Positions 1 through 9,264 of a stretch of DNA of 64,000 nt are shown here, in pieces. The first letter of the stretch is position 1. Every line of letters starts with the position of its first letter. The notes beneath the pieces were generated by a model. That model did no database searches. It was given only the letters and a program-made list of their open reading frames with translations, and was not told the DNA's origin. The position numbers and the translations under genes are program-made. Source of the DNA: Candidatus Margulisiibacteriota bacterium (GTDB lineage Bacteria > Margulisbacteria > WOR-1 > O2-12-FULL-45-9 > XYB2-FULL-48-7); NCBI GenBank assembly GCA_025453605.1, contig JALOPZ010000002.1, forward strand, positions 388,631 through 452,630, given 5' to 3'.

Positions 1-1588
1 TCTCAGGCTCCGGCTTTTCTGCGACCAGGACTTCGGTGGTCAGGAGCATCGCTGCGATCGACGCGGCGTTCTGCAGGGCTGACCGGGTGACCTTGAGCGG
101 GTCAACGATCCCGGCTTTGAACATGTCGCCGTAATCGAATTTCTGGGCATCAAAACCGATCCCCGTCTTCTCTTTCTTGAGCCGTTCGACCACGACCGAC
201 CCTTCCATTCCGGCGTTGGTCGCGATCTGCTTGAGCGGCTCTTCGAGCGAGCGCAGGACGATCCCGACGCCGACCTTTTCATCACCCGAGGTACCGGTAA
301 AGAGCTTTTCCATCGCCGGCAGGATGTGAATGAAGGCCGAACCGCCGCCGGAGATGATCCCCTCTTCGACCGCCGCGCGGGTGGCCGACAGAGCGTCTTC
401 GATCCGGTGCTTCTTTTCTTTGAGCTCGGTCTCGGTGGCCGCGCCGGCTTTGATGACCGCGACGCCGCCCGACAGCTTGGCTAAGCGCTCCTGCAGCTTT
501 TCCTTATCATAGGAAGAGTCGGAGAGCTCCACCTCTTTCTTGATCTGGGCGATCCGGTCCTTGACCGACTTGGCCGCGCCGGCGCCTTCGATGATCGTGG
601 TGTCCTCTTTGCGGACGACGATCTTCTTGGCCTTGCCGAACCAGCTTTCGTCGATGTTCTCCAGCGACAGGCCCTTCTCCTCAGAGACGACCTCGCCGCC
701 GGTCAGGATCGCGATATCCTCGAGCATCGCCTTGCGCCGGTCGCCGAAACCGGGGGCCTTGACGGCCACGGCGTTAAGCGTGCCGCGCAGTTTGTTGACG
801 ACCAGGGTCGCCAGCGCCTCGCCCTCGATCTCGTCGGCGATAATGAGGAGCGGCTTGCTCGCCTGGACCGTCTTCTCGAGCGACGGGAGCAGGTCCTTGA
901 CCGCGCTGATCTTTTTGTCGGTGATCAGCATGAAGCAGTCTTCCAGGACACATTCCATCCGCTCACGGTCGGTGACCATGTACGGCGACGCGTAGCCCTT
1001 GTCGAACTGCATCCCTTCGACGACCTCGAGGGTCGTCTCGATCCCCTTCGATTCCTCAACGGTGATAACGCCGTCCTTGCCGACCTTCTCCATGGCGTCG
1101 GCGATCAGGTTGCCGATCTCGGCGTCGTTATTGGCGGAGATCGACGCGACCTGAGCGATCGCTTCCTTGGTCTCCACCGGCCGGCTCTGCTTCTTGAGCT
1201 CGGCGATCGCGCCGTCGACCCCGAACTGGATCCCGCGCTTGAGCGCCATCGGGTTAACGCCGGACACGACGTTCTTGAGCCCTTCCCGGAAAATGATCTG
1301 GCCGAGCACGGTCGCCGTGGTCGTCCCGTCGCCGGCGATGTCATTGGTCTTGCTGGCGACCTCTTTCAGGAGCTGGGCCCCCATGTTCTCGTACGGATCT
1401 TCCAGATCGATCTCCTTGGCGATGGTCACGCCGTCGTTGGTGATCGTCGGCGACCCCCACTTCTTCTCCAGCACGACATTACGACCGCGCGGGCCTAAAG
1501 TGATCTTAACCGCGTTGGCGACTTTGGATACGCCCTTTTCGAGCTTGCGCCACGCTTCATCTCCGAACATCATCTCTTTTGCTGCCAT
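1..1588 (-). CDS. groL: Chaperonin GroEL, partial (C-terminal ~16 aa lie beyond window start)
   Basis: Minus-strand translation from the ATG at 1586-1588 gives MAAKEMMFG... and the window start reads ...[17 protein letters not shown], typical GroEL termini. It is not in the ORF track because it has no in-window stop. It lies downstream of groES. Confidence 0.9.
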   Translation of the reverse strand, partial: MAAKEMMFGDEAWRKLEKGVSKVANAVKITLGPRGRNVVLEKKWGSPTITNDGVTIAKEIDLEDPYENMGAQLLKEVASKTNDIAGDGTTTATVLGQIIFREGLKNVVSGVNPMALKRGIQFGVDGAIAELKKQSRPVETKEAIAQVASISANNDAEIGNLIADAMEKVGKDGVITVEESKGIETTLEVVEGMQFDKGYASPYMVTDRERMECVLEDCFMLITDKKISAVKDLLPSLEKTVQASKPLLIIADEIEGEALATLVVNKLRGTLNAVAVKAPGFGDRRKAMLEDIAILTGGEVVSEEKGLSLENIDESWFGKAKKIVVRKEDTTIIEGAGAAKSVKDRIAQIKKEVELSDSSYDKEKLQERLAKLSGGVAVIKAGAATETELKEKKHRIEDALSATRAAVEEGIISGGGSAFIHILPAMEKLFTGTSGDEKVGVGIVLRSLEEPLKQIATNAGMEGSVVVERLKKEKTGIGFDAQKFDYGDMFKAGIVDPLKVTRSALQNAASIAAMLLTTEVLVAEKPEPE

Positions 1589-1601
1589 TTTGGGTCACCT
1601 C

Positions 1602-1898
1602 CTATCCTTTAATTGCTAAAATATCCCGCTCGGCCAGGATTATGTATTCGTCACCCTCGATCTTGACCTCGGTCCCGCCGTACTTGCTGTAGATCACCTT
1701 ATCGCCGATCTTCACTTCCGGCAGTACTTTCTGGCCGTTGTCCAGGACCCGACCGCTGCCGACCGCGACGACCGTCCCTTCCGACGGTTTCTCCTTGGCG
1801 GCGTCCGGCAGGACGATCCCCGACTTGGTCTTGGTCTCTTCCGGCTCCGGCTTGATGACGATCCGATCGCCGATCGGTGTCAGTTTTTTACTTACCAT
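1602..1898 (-). CDS. groS: Co-chaperonin GroES
   Basis: The ORF 1602..1931 contains [21 protein letters not shown]...[14 protein letters not shown], a GroES signature. The start is trimmed to an internal Met so that the CIRCE operator lies upstream. Confidence 0.9.
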   Translation of the reverse strand: MVSKKLTPIGDRIVIKPEPEETKTKSGIVLPDAAKEKPSEGTVVAVGSGRVLDNGQKVLPEVKIGDKVIYSKYGGTEVKIEGDEYIILAERDILAIKG

Positions 1899-1924
1899 GT
1901 AGAATTCACCTCCTCGTTTTCTTA

Positions 1925-1951
1925 TTAGCACTCACTCTATGCGAGTGCTAA
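1925..1951. promoter_or_regulatory. CIRCE element (HrcA operator) TTAGCACTC-N9-GAGTGCTAA
   Basis: ttagcactcactctatgcgagtgctaa is a perfect match to the CIRCE consensus, about 27 nt upstream of the groES start. Confidence 0.9.
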
Positions 1952-1974
1952 CATGGTAACACGCCGCTCAAATT

Positions 1975-2006
1975 CTTGTCAAGAGGCAACCGGGATATGC
2001 TATAAT
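1975..2006. promoter_or_regulatory. Bidirectional promoter: palindromic -35 (cttgtcaag read as TTGTCA on plus and TTGACA on minus) plus extended -10 TGCTATAAT (1998-2006) 8 nt before the glucokinase ATG
   Basis: Sequence cttgtcaag...tgctataatctcccatcATG. The groES promoter would use the TTGACA reading on the other strand, with CIRCE downstream. Confidence 0.6.
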
Positions 2007-2014
2007 CTCCCATC

Positions 2015-2887
2015 ATGATCATCGGCATCGATCTGGGCGGGACCAAGATCGCGGCGGCGCTGGCCGCGCCGACCGGCAAGATCATCACCGACGTCAATAT
2101 TCCGACCGAGGCGGCCAAGGGCCAGGCTCAGGTGATCGATAACCTGAAAAAAGCGACCGACGCGCTGATCCGCGGCCAGAAAACCAAGGTCAGCTGTATC
2201 GGCATCGGCGTCCCCGGCCCGATCGACTACGAGACCGGCATTGTGATCGAGCCCCCCAATCTCCCCGGCTGGAAAAAGGTCAACCTGAAAAAGATCCTGG
2301 AAAAAGAGTTCAAGGTCCCGGTCCACGTCGATAATGACGCGAACTGCGCTGCCCTGGGCGAGGCTTATTTCGGCGCCGGCCGGCAAGTCCGGCATTTTAT
2401 CTATATCACCATCTCGACCGGGATCGGCGGCGGGATCATTATCGACCGCAAGCTCTACCGGGGGGCGATCGGCGCCGCCGGCGAGTTTGGCCACATGATC
2501 ATCGATCCGGCCGGCCCGCTCTGCGGCTGCGGCAACCACGGCTGTTTTGAGGCGCTCGCTTCGGGGACGGCGATCAAACGGCGCTCCGGCATGGACGCCA
2601 TTGCCGTGGAGCTGGCAGCGCGGCAGGGCGACGCCACCGCGCTGAAAGTGATCAACGAGACCGCCCATTACCTGGCGCTCGGCATCGCCAATCTGGTCAA
2701 CATTTTTAATCCGGAAATGGTCATCCTGGGGGGCGGCGTCTCCAAGATGCGAGAACTGCTGCTTAACCCGATCCGCGTCGAGTTCAAGAAGTACGCCCTC
2801 ACCCTCCCGGCCAAGCATGTCAAGATCGTCCGCGCCAAGCTCGGTTCCGAATCGGGCGTCCTCGGAGCGGTCGCGCTATGTCTCTAG
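2015..2887 (+). CDS. ROK-family glucokinase
   Basis: MIIGIDLGGTKIAAAL..., ...CGCGNHGCFEA, a ROK signature with the zinc-binding Cys motif. Confidence 0.8.
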   Translation: MIIGIDLGGTKIAAALAAPTGKIITDVNIPTEAAKGQAQVIDNLKKATDALIRGQKTKVSCIGIGVPGPIDYETGIVIEPPNLPGWKKVNLKKILEKEFKVPVHVDNDANCAALGEAYFGAGRQVRHFIYITISTGIGGGIIIDRKLYRGAIGAAGEFGHMIIDPAGPLCGCGNHGCFEALASGTAIKRRSGMDAIAVELAARQGDATALKVINETAHYLALGIANLVNIFNPEMVILGGGVSKMRELLLNPIRVEFKKYALTLPAKHVKIVRAKLGSESGVLGAVALCL

Positions 2888-3501
2888 TTATTGTCGATTA
2901 CGGCGCCGGCAATCTGCGGAGCGTGCAGAAGGCCTTCCAGCAGGTCGGCCTCGCCGCCGAGATCACCCGGGATAAAGCGACGATCCGCGGCGCCAAAGGG
3001 ATCGTCCTCCCCGGGGTCGGCTCGTTTGACGCGGCGATCGGCGAACTCCGCGGTTTTGGACTGGAAGCGGTGATCGAAGAGGCGATCGCGCTCGGCAAAC
3101 CGTTCCTCGGCATCTGCCTCGGCATGCAGCACCTCTTTGAAGCCTCGGCAGAAGGAAAACAAAAAGGGCTGGCCCTCCTCCGCGGCCAGGTCAAGAAGTT
3201 CAACTTCAGCGGCACCCCCTGGTCAGGTCAGAGCATCCCCCACATGGGCTGGAACCGCCTGCTGTTCAAGCGCAAGGCGCCGATCTTTGAGGGGATCGAT
3301 GAAGGAACGATGATGTACTTTGCTCACTCCTACTACGCCGACCCGACCGACGAGCAGATTGTCGCCGCCCGGACCGACTACGGGCCGGAGTTTGTCTCCA
3401 GCGTCTGGAAAGATAATATTTTCGGGCTGCAGTTCCACCCGGAAAAGAGCGGCGAACAAGGGTTGCACATTTTGCGGAATTTTGGTAGGTTATGCTCATG
3501 A
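2878..3501 (+). CDS. hisH: Imidazole glycerol phosphate synthase, glutamine amidotransferase subunit HisH
   Basis: MSLVIVDYGAGNLRSVQKAF...GICLGMQHLFE...FGLQFHPEKS, a class-I GATase signature. Confidence 0.85.
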   Translation: MSLVIVDYGAGNLRSVQKAFQQVGLAAEITRDKATIRGAKGIVLPGVGSFDAAIGELRGFGLEAVIEEAIALGKPFLGICLGMQHLFEASAEGKQKGLALLRGQVKKFNFSGTPWSGQSIPHMGWNRLLFKRKAPIFEGIDEGTMMYFAHSYYADPTDEQIVAARTDYGPEFVSSVWKDNIFGLQFHPEKSGEQGLHILRNFGRLCS

Positions 3502-4208
3502 GCTTTGAAGTAATTCCCGCGATCGATATCCTCGGCGGCAAGGTCGTCCGGCTTAAACAGGGCCGCTACGACGCCGCCGTCGTCTACTCCGACAACCCGG
3601 TCGAGTTCGCCCAGAAATGGGCCGCCGCCGGGGCGAAAAGGATCCACGTGGTTGACCTGGACGGTGCCCGCTCCGGCACACCGGAGAACGTTGAGGTCAT
3701 CAAGAACATCATCAAGGAGATCAGTATCCCGGTCCAGGTCGGCGGGGGGATCCGCTACCACGCCGTGATCGCCGATCTGATCAAGTTCGGCGTCGATCGC
3801 GTTATCCTCGGCACGACCGCGATCAAGAATCCCAACCTCCTGACCAACGTCTGCGAAAAATACGGCGAAAAGATCGCGGTGGCGATCGACGCCAAGGGCG
3901 AGGTCGCCGCCGGCGAAGGGTGGATGTATGTCACCAAGAAGAACATCTTCACCTTTGCCAAAGAGGCCACCACCCTCGGGGTCAAACGCTTCATCTACAC
4001 CGACATCAGCCGCGACGGAATGCTGGAGGGGCCCAATTTTGCCGGGATCGAGAAGTTCGCCGCCGAGATCAAGGTGCCGGTGATCGCCTCGGGCGGTGTT
4101 ACCACTAAAGAGGACATTGAGCGGCTGAAAACGATCGGCGTGGAAGGCTGCATCGTCGGCAAAGCGCTCTACGACGGAAAAGTTAGGCTGGAAGAGCTGG
4201 TCGCCTGA
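3492..4208 (+). CDS. hisA: HisA, 1-(5-phosphoribosyl)-5-[(5-phosphoribosylamino)methylideneamino]imidazole-4-carboxamide isomerase
   Basis: FEVIPAIDILGGKVVRLKQG...GGGIR...ASGGV. The HisA-type N-terminal motif is used rather than the HisF motif RIIPCLD. Confidence 0.8.
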   Translation: MLMSFEVIPAIDILGGKVVRLKQGRYDAAVVYSDNPVEFAQKWAAAGAKRIHVVDLDGARSGTPENVEVIKNIIKEISIPVQVGGGIRYHAVIADLIKFGVDRVILGTTAIKNPNLLTNVCEKYGEKIAVAIDAKGEVAAGEGWMYVTKKNIFTFAKEATTLGVKRFIYTDISRDGMLEGPNFAGIEKFAAEIKVPVIASGGVTTKEDIERLKTIGVEGCIVGKALYDGKVRLEELVA

Positions 4209-5255
4209 TCAGCGCAGCGCCGCCAGGATCGCCCGAGCCCGGTGCCGGTAAGTATGTTCCGCCAGGGTCCGTTTTTGGGCCGCAGCCATGACCGCCTGAC
4301 GGGCCGCCTCATCACGCAGATAATACTCGATCTTTTCCTTCATCTCCGCGACTGAACCGACGACGATCACTTCGCGGCCCGGTTCATAAAGTTTTCCCAG
4401 GTCGGGCCGACTGGCGTCAACCAGCTGAAAAGCGCCGAGTCCGGCCAGGAAAAAGGTCCGGTCGTTGGGCGACTGCGCCGTTACCTTCCCCTCGTTCTGG
4501 TCGATCGGCTGGCCATAGCTGTCGCGGTGGAGGTTGAGATTGATCCGGGCGCCGCGCATGTAGCGGCTCGCCTCCGGCCAGGGGGTGAACTGTTCGGTCA
4601 CAAATTCCTTTAGTTGGTCGTAATGACGCAGGTTCTGCGCCCACGACTCGGACAGGACATGCGAACCGATCAGCCTGACCCGGTAGCGGCTCAAGAAATC
4701 GGCCGCTTCGTCAAGCCAGCGGACGCGGGTGGAAGCGCGGAACGGCGTGCCGATAAAACAGATGTCGCTCCGGTATTGCGCGGTGATCTCCCCACCATCG
4801 AACTGAGGCAAATAAGCCAGGGGAAGATAGGTCGCCGCCGGGCAACCGCCGGCGCGGTGCAGGTCAAGCGTCGACGAATCGACCGAAAAGAGCCGATCGC
4901 AATGGCGGGAGACCTTGAGCGAGGCGTCAACGCAGTAAGGCTCGTCCAGCTCCCAGTCGGCGATCCGGACCCCACCCGCCCGCAAGCGAACGAATACCTC
5001 GGCCGGCAAAAACCGGCCGTTGAGCGCCAGCAGCCACGTGTCAGCGGCCCCTTTGAGCTGGTCGCAGAGGACCGTGGCGACCCGGGCCTTAGCTTGCGCC
5101 TGGTCAAGCCCCAGTTGGGCCTTGACCTGTTCAGCAAGGGCAACATACTCCACAACCTCGGGCTCGACCCCTTCCGCCTGAAAAGCGGCCGTGATCTGCC
5201 GGCTGATCGACCCGATCAGCGTGGAAGAGTCAAAATTAACGAAGATCAATCTCAT
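4209..5255 (-). CDS. CgeB-family (DUF3880 + Glyco_trans_1_2) glycosyltransferase-like protein
   Basis: The C-terminal region ...NLNLHRDSYGQ...RTFFLAGLGAFQLVD...YYLRDEAARQ resembles CgeB/YkvP-type spore-maturation glycosyltransferases. Confidence 0.5.
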   Translation of the reverse strand: MRLIFVNFDSSTLIGSISRQITAAFQAEGVEPEVVEYVALAEQVKAQLGLDQAQAKARVATVLCDQLKGAADTWLLALNGRFLPAEVFVRLRAGGVRIADWELDEPYCVDASLKVSRHCDRLFSVDSSTLDLHRAGGCPAATYLPLAYLPQFDGGEITAQYRSDICFIGTPFRASTRVRWLDEAADFLSRYRVRLIGSHVLSESWAQNLRHYDQLKEFVTEQFTPWPEASRYMRGARINLNLHRDSYGQPIDQNEGKVTAQSPNDRTFFLAGLGAFQLVDASRPDLGKLYEPGREVIVVGSVAEMKEKIEYYLRDEAARQAVMAAAQKRTLAEHTYRHRARAILAALR

Positions 5256-6685
5256 GACCGTAAATTCTGCCTCATGGTCAGTTCCAGTTGTTTGAGCATG
5301 GTCCGCAGGTCGCGCTTCAGGCCGCCGTAAGCTTTTAGCTGCTCCCGGTAATCGCCTTTCAATGCCTGATCGAACTTAACCTGCGAGACCGACGGATCGA
5401 CGTAATAGTTGCGCAGCTGCGAGCGCCGGTAATACTTTTTGGCCCCCTCTTTGTTGCCGGCTTCAAAATTGACCATTGCCATCAACATATCCCGGTCAAG
5501 GGCACTAGTATTGATCACGTTCCGGAAGGTCGGCACAAAGACCCGGACAGCCGGGATGCCGAGCCGGGGGTGGGTCTTGTCGATCAGAAAAACGTCGTGA
5601 CCTTCGCCCCGCAGGAGCGCCAGTAATTCCAGGACCTCGTCCCGAAAATCATCCCGGCTTAAATTCCGGAGCGCCTCCATTTTAACCGGCGCGGCCGGCA
5701 CGCTGAGCATCTCGTCATTGAGCAGGGCGAGGAAACCGTAATTCTGGCGCGGCATTTTGGCAAGCATGGCCGGCCAGTTGAAATGGAGCTCCTGCTCGAT
5801 ATTGGTCATCAGCGAATAGCCTTCAAAATATTCGGCCAGAGCGCGGATCAGCGCTTTGTCCGGATCGGTGTGGGCGCCGTAGCCGCAGCCGCGGAACGAG
5901 AGTTTGTTCTGGCGCTGCCCCGCCTGCCCGTAAACACAGAAAGTCGGCACCCCCAGCTCGAACGAGATATCCTTGACCGCGATCCTGACCCCGACCGCGG
6001 CGGCGCTGGCCAGCGTGCGAACGACCAGCGGGTGCTTGACCGATCGGAGATCGAGTTCCCGCGGCGTCTTTTTAGCCGCAAAGAATCGGAAGACGTTTTC
6101 CCGCTCGATCACCTCGCACAGGGCCTGCACGATCGCTTCTTCCAGGGCGTTGCCGGCCGCCAACCCGTTGGAAGTTTGCGTGTAATTGTGCCAGTTGAGC
6201 GGATAATAATACGGCCGGTAATCGTTGAGCGAAACGGCCTTGAGCCACTTAAGCGGAATATCCTTGACCTGCGCCAGTAATTCTTCCCTATTATCCCAGT
6301 CGGGAAAACAACGGAAAAAATAAGTTTCGTCGGGGACCGGGAAACTCCATTTTTTCATCTCGCTCCACGACTTGACCATGTAACCGGGGGCATGCTCGTA
6401 ATCAAAATGGAGCCAGGAGTAGCGTTCGGCAAATTCCATCACCGCGCTCGCCTCGGATTGGTCGGGCGTCAGTCCTTTGCCGTTGGTCGTCAACTGGTCG
6501 CTAACGCTGGCAAAAGAGAAGGCCCCATCGACGTCGATCGGCCGCTCCTCCAGCTTTAGATGAGAGAGATCGGGCTGCTTTTGCAGTTTGGCCAGCGTCG
6601 CCTTGACCGTTTCGGCCGGCGCCGCGGCCTTGTCCTGGTCTTCCCAGGAGTGTTTCAGACAGCTTGCGAGTCGAAACTCAGCCAC
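5252..6685 (-). CDS. YcaO-domain protein
   Basis: TSNGLAAGNALEEAIVQALCEVIERE is the hallmark YcaO ATP-binding motif. The start is placed at a GTG preceded by GAAAGGA (RBS) rather than the ATG at 6745, which would overlap the upstream gene by 68 nt. Confidence 0.7.
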   Translation of the reverse strand: MAEFRLASCLKHSWEDQDKAAAPAETVKATLAKLQKQPDLSHLKLEERPIDVDGAFSFASVSDQLTTNGKGLTPDQSEASAVMEFAERYSWLHFDYEHAPGYMVKSWSEMKKWSFPVPDETYFFRCFPDWDNREELLAQVKDIPLKWLKAVSLNDYRPYYYPLNWHNYTQTSNGLAAGNALEEAIVQALCEVIERENVFRFFAAKKTPRELDLRSVKHPLVVRTLASAAAVGVRIAVKDISFELGVPTFCVYGQAGQRQNKLSFRGCGYGAHTDPDKALIRALAEYFEGYSLMTNIEQELHFNWPAMLAKMPRQNYGFLALLNDEMLSVPAAPVKMEALRNLSRDDFRDEVLELLALLRGEGHDVFLIDKTHPRLGIPAVRVFVPTFRNVINTSALDRDMLMAMVNFEAGNKEGAKKYYRRSQLRNYYVDPSVSQVKFDQALKGDYREQLKAYGGLKRDLRTMLKQLELTMRQNLRS

Positions 6686-7076
6686 GTTTTTTTCCTTTCG
6701 CTGATCGCAATAAGAGAAATTCAGCGCCGCTCCCCTCGTCCACAAAGCCGACCAGGAACGCCGGCGCCTGGCGGTATTCTATCATCCCGGCGGCGATCTG
6801 TACCGCTTCATTTAACCGGCCGATCACCGTCACGACCGGACCGCGCAACCCGAGCGCGATCGAGACCATGCCGGCCGCCAGATTAAGGACCGTGTGGGGA
6901 AAACGGAGGGCGGAGGCGTGCGCCGGCCCGTGCTTTTTCAGGTCGCGTAGGAACTCTTTGGTACTGCTCCGCGGCCCGGTCAAGGTCGCCACCACCACGC
7001 CGGTGCCGGACGGAATGTTTTTTCGCCCGGCCGCCACCAGGGCCGCGTCAACCGCCAGCCGCGCAAACCGGTCCAT
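6678..7076 (-). CDS. Truncated beta-ketoacyl synthase N-terminal-half protein lacking the active-site Cys (chain-length-factor-like)
   Basis: KMDRFARLAVDAALVAAG...FPHTVLNLAAGMVSIALGLRGPVVTVIGRLNEA aligns with FabF residues ~60-200, but the Cys of the ACTSG motif is replaced and the His-His C-terminal half is absent. The start is trimmed to MDRF so it does not overlap the KS gene. Confidence 0.6.
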   Translation of the reverse strand: MDRFARLAVDAALVAAGRKNIPSGTGVVVATLTGPRSSTKEFLRDLKKHGPAHASALRFPHTVLNLAAGMVSIALGLRGPVVTVIGRLNEAVQIAAGMIEYRQAPAFLVGFVDEGSGAEFLLLRSAKGKKRG

Positions 7077-7086
7077 TTTCCGGTAT

Positions 7087-8175
7087 TTATTTTTTAAAAG
7101 CGAGGACCGCATTGCTCCCTCCAAACCCGAAATTGGCGGACAGGACAGCCCGCAGAGGGCGGGACCGGGCCTGGTTCGGTACATAATCGAGGTCGCACTC
7201 CGGATCGCGCTTTTTGTAATTGATCGTCGGCGGAATGAACGAGTAACGGATCGCCAGGACAGAGGCGAGCGCCTCCACCGCTCCCGCCGCGCCCATCAGA
7301 TGGCCGATCATCGATTTGCTCGAACTGACCGGCAGCTTGGTCGCCCGCACGCCGAAAACCCGCTTAAGCGCCCGGGTCTCCATCGCGTCGTTCTGCGGCG
7401 TCCCGGTCCCGTGGGCGTTGTAATAATCGATCTCACTCCGATCAAGGCGGGCGGCGGTCAGCGCCGCTTTGATCGCCCGGGCGGCGCCCCGGCCGCTCGG
7501 ATCGGGGGCAGTTTCGTGATAAGCGTCACCGGTCAGGCCGTAGCCGGCAAACTCTGCCCAAATGTCAGCGCCGCGGCGGAGCGCCCGCTCCCGCTCTTCC
7601 AGGATGAGAAAAGCCGCTCCTTCACCGATGACCAGCCCTTGCCGGGCCGCGTCGAACGGCCGGCAACAGAGCGGGTCAAGCGAGCGGAGAGCGTGGAATC
7701 CGGAGAAAGTTAAAAGCTCGAACGCTTCAGCCCCGCCGGCCAGGACAACATCGTGTTTGCCTTGCCGGACCAGGTCAGCGCCGCAAGCGAGCGCGGTCGC
7801 ACCGGCCGCGCAGGCGTTGCTGACGGTGATCCGCCGGCCGGAAAAACCGAGCTGCCGCGCCAGGACCTGAGCGGAGCAGCCGCCGCCGCTGACGGTCCCG
7901 ACCGAGATCCCCCACGGTCCGGCGCCGATCCCCGCCTGTTCACTCGCCTCCCGGGCCGCCAGTAAAGCCAACTGGGCAACGCGCTCGACTCCCGGCAACA
8001 ACCCGGTTAACCCGCGAACCTCACCGCCGATCCGGGCGCGCATCTCCCTGGTAGAGAAAGAGGTAATTCTGGTAATGCCGGAGCGGCCGTGCGCCAGAGC
8101 GCGGTGGAACGAACGGAGGCCGACTCCGTTGGGGGCGACAACGCCGAGGCCGGTGATAACGACCCGGCGCTTCAC
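7087..8175 (-). CDS. Beta-ketoacyl-ACP synthase (FabF-like KS, 362 aa)
   Basis: The active-site Cys (ITVSNACAAGATAL), His (YYNAHGTGTPQND) and His (KSMIGHLMGAAG) are all present. It is shorter than housekeeping FabF. Confidence 0.8.
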   Translation of the reverse strand: MKRRVVITGLGVVAPNGVGLRSFHRALAHGRSGITRITSFSTREMRARIGGEVRGLTGLLPGVERVAQLALLAAREASEQAGIGAGPWGISVGTVSGGGCSAQVLARQLGFSGRRITVSNACAAGATALACGADLVRQGKHDVVLAGGAEAFELLTFSGFHALRSLDPLCCRPFDAARQGLVIGEGAAFLILEERERALRRGADIWAEFAGYGLTGDAYHETAPDPSGRGAARAIKAALTAARLDRSEIDYYNAHGTGTPQNDAMETRALKRVFGVRATKLPVSSSKSMIGHLMGAAGAVEALASVLAIRYSFIPPTINYKKRDPECDLDYVPNQARSRPLRAVLSANFGFGGSNAVLAFKK

Positions 8176-8432
8176 TTTTTGCCGGTCAGTTTTTCGACGA
8201 ACTCAGCCAGGGTGCCGACCGTTTTGAAGACCTGATCCGGCTTTTTTAGATTGCGGTTGTTGATCTTGACCTTGAACTCGCGCTCGATCGCCACGATGAT
8301 CTCGAGCGAATCGACCGAATCAAGACCGAGCCCTTTCCGGAAGAGCGGCTCGCTGTCTGGGATCCTGGCTGGATCACGGTCCAGGTTCAACTGCTCGACC
8401 AGCATTTTTTTCAAGCGTTCTTTTACCGTCAT
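8172..8432 (-). CDS. Acyl carrier protein
   Basis: 86 aa with GLDSVDSLE, the phosphopantetheine-attachment Ser motif. Confidence 0.8.
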   Translation of the reverse strand: MTVKERLKKMLVEQLNLDRDPARIPDSEPLFRKGLGLDSVDSLEIIVAIEREFKVKINNRNLKKPDQVFKTVGTLAEFVEKLTGKK

Positions 8433-8450
8433 TAAAGCACCTCCGTGAGA

Positions 8451-9182
8451 TCAGGCGGTCAAACCGCCGTCAACGACCATGGTCTGGCCCTGGACATAGG
8501 ACGAATCGGCCGAAGCGAGAAAAACAACCGCGCGGGCGACCTCGGCCGGCTTTCCGGCCTTACCCAGCGGGATCATTTTCAGATATTTACTTTTCAATGA
8601 GTCGGTCAGTTCCGATTCGATCAGTCCGGGCGCGACCGAGTTGACCCGAATGTTATAACGCGAAACTTCTTGCACCAGCGAGCGGGTCAACCCCGCGATC
8701 CCCGCTTTGGCCGCCGCGTAGTTCGCCTGGCCCTCCACGCCGCGGAGCGCGGAGACAGAGGAGACGTTGACGATCGCGCCGCTCTTGCGGGCGATCATCG
8801 GCTTAAGGACCGCCTGGCAGCAGTTAAAGATCCCTTTCAAATTGACGTTCAAGACCTCATCCCATTCCGCTTCAGACATCAGCATTAAGAGTTTGTCGCG
8901 GACAATGCCGGCATTATTGACCAGAATGTCGATCCGGCCGAAGCGGCGGAGGACCTCGGCCACTGCTTTTTCGACCGCAGCCGACTTTTCAACTTGAATG
9001 GCTAACGGAAAGGCGCGTCCACCGGCTGCCTTGATCTGCTTGACTGTTCGGAGCGCGGCCGCTTTATTGCGCCCGTAACCAACAACTACCAACGCCCCTC
9101 CCCTGGCCAATTCAAGGGCGATGGCCCCACCCAGTGCGCCGGAACCGCCAGTCACCACTGCCACCTGATTTTCCAGCTTCAT
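8451..9182 (-). CDS. 3-oxoacyl-ACP reductase (SDR, FabG-like)
   Basis: VTGGSGALGGAIA...NNAG...YAAAKAG, with the Rossmann motif and the SDR Tyr-x3-Lys. Confidence 0.8.
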   Translation of the reverse strand: MKLENQVAVVTGGSGALGGAIALELARGGALVVVGYGRNKAAALRTVKQIKAAGGRAFPLAIQVEKSAAVEKAVAEVLRRFGRIDILVNNAGIVRDKLLMLMSEAEWDEVLNVNLKGIFNCCQAVLKPMIARKSGAIVNVSSVSALRGVEGQANYAAAKAGIAGLTRSLVQEVSRYNIRVNSVAPGLIESELTDSLKSKYLKMIPLGKAGKPAEVARAVVFLASADSSYVQGQTMVVDGGLTA

Positions 9183-9264
9183 TTTATTAGATAATAACGC
9201 AAAATGTTTGACTAAGCAATAACGTTGTGTTAGTTTATCGACCGAAGCCGTTAAGGAGGATATT

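Noticed and set aside
2000-2818. 272-aa minus-strand ORF antisense to the ROK glucokinase
   Set aside because: Fully overlaps a well-supported plus-strand gene. Typical spurious long ORF in high-GC DNA (Ala/Arg/Gly-rich, no start context).
6664-7713. 349-aa plus-strand ORF overlapping the KS and half-KS genes
   Set aside because: Antisense to genes with clear catalytic motifs. Arg/Pro-rich low-complexity translation.
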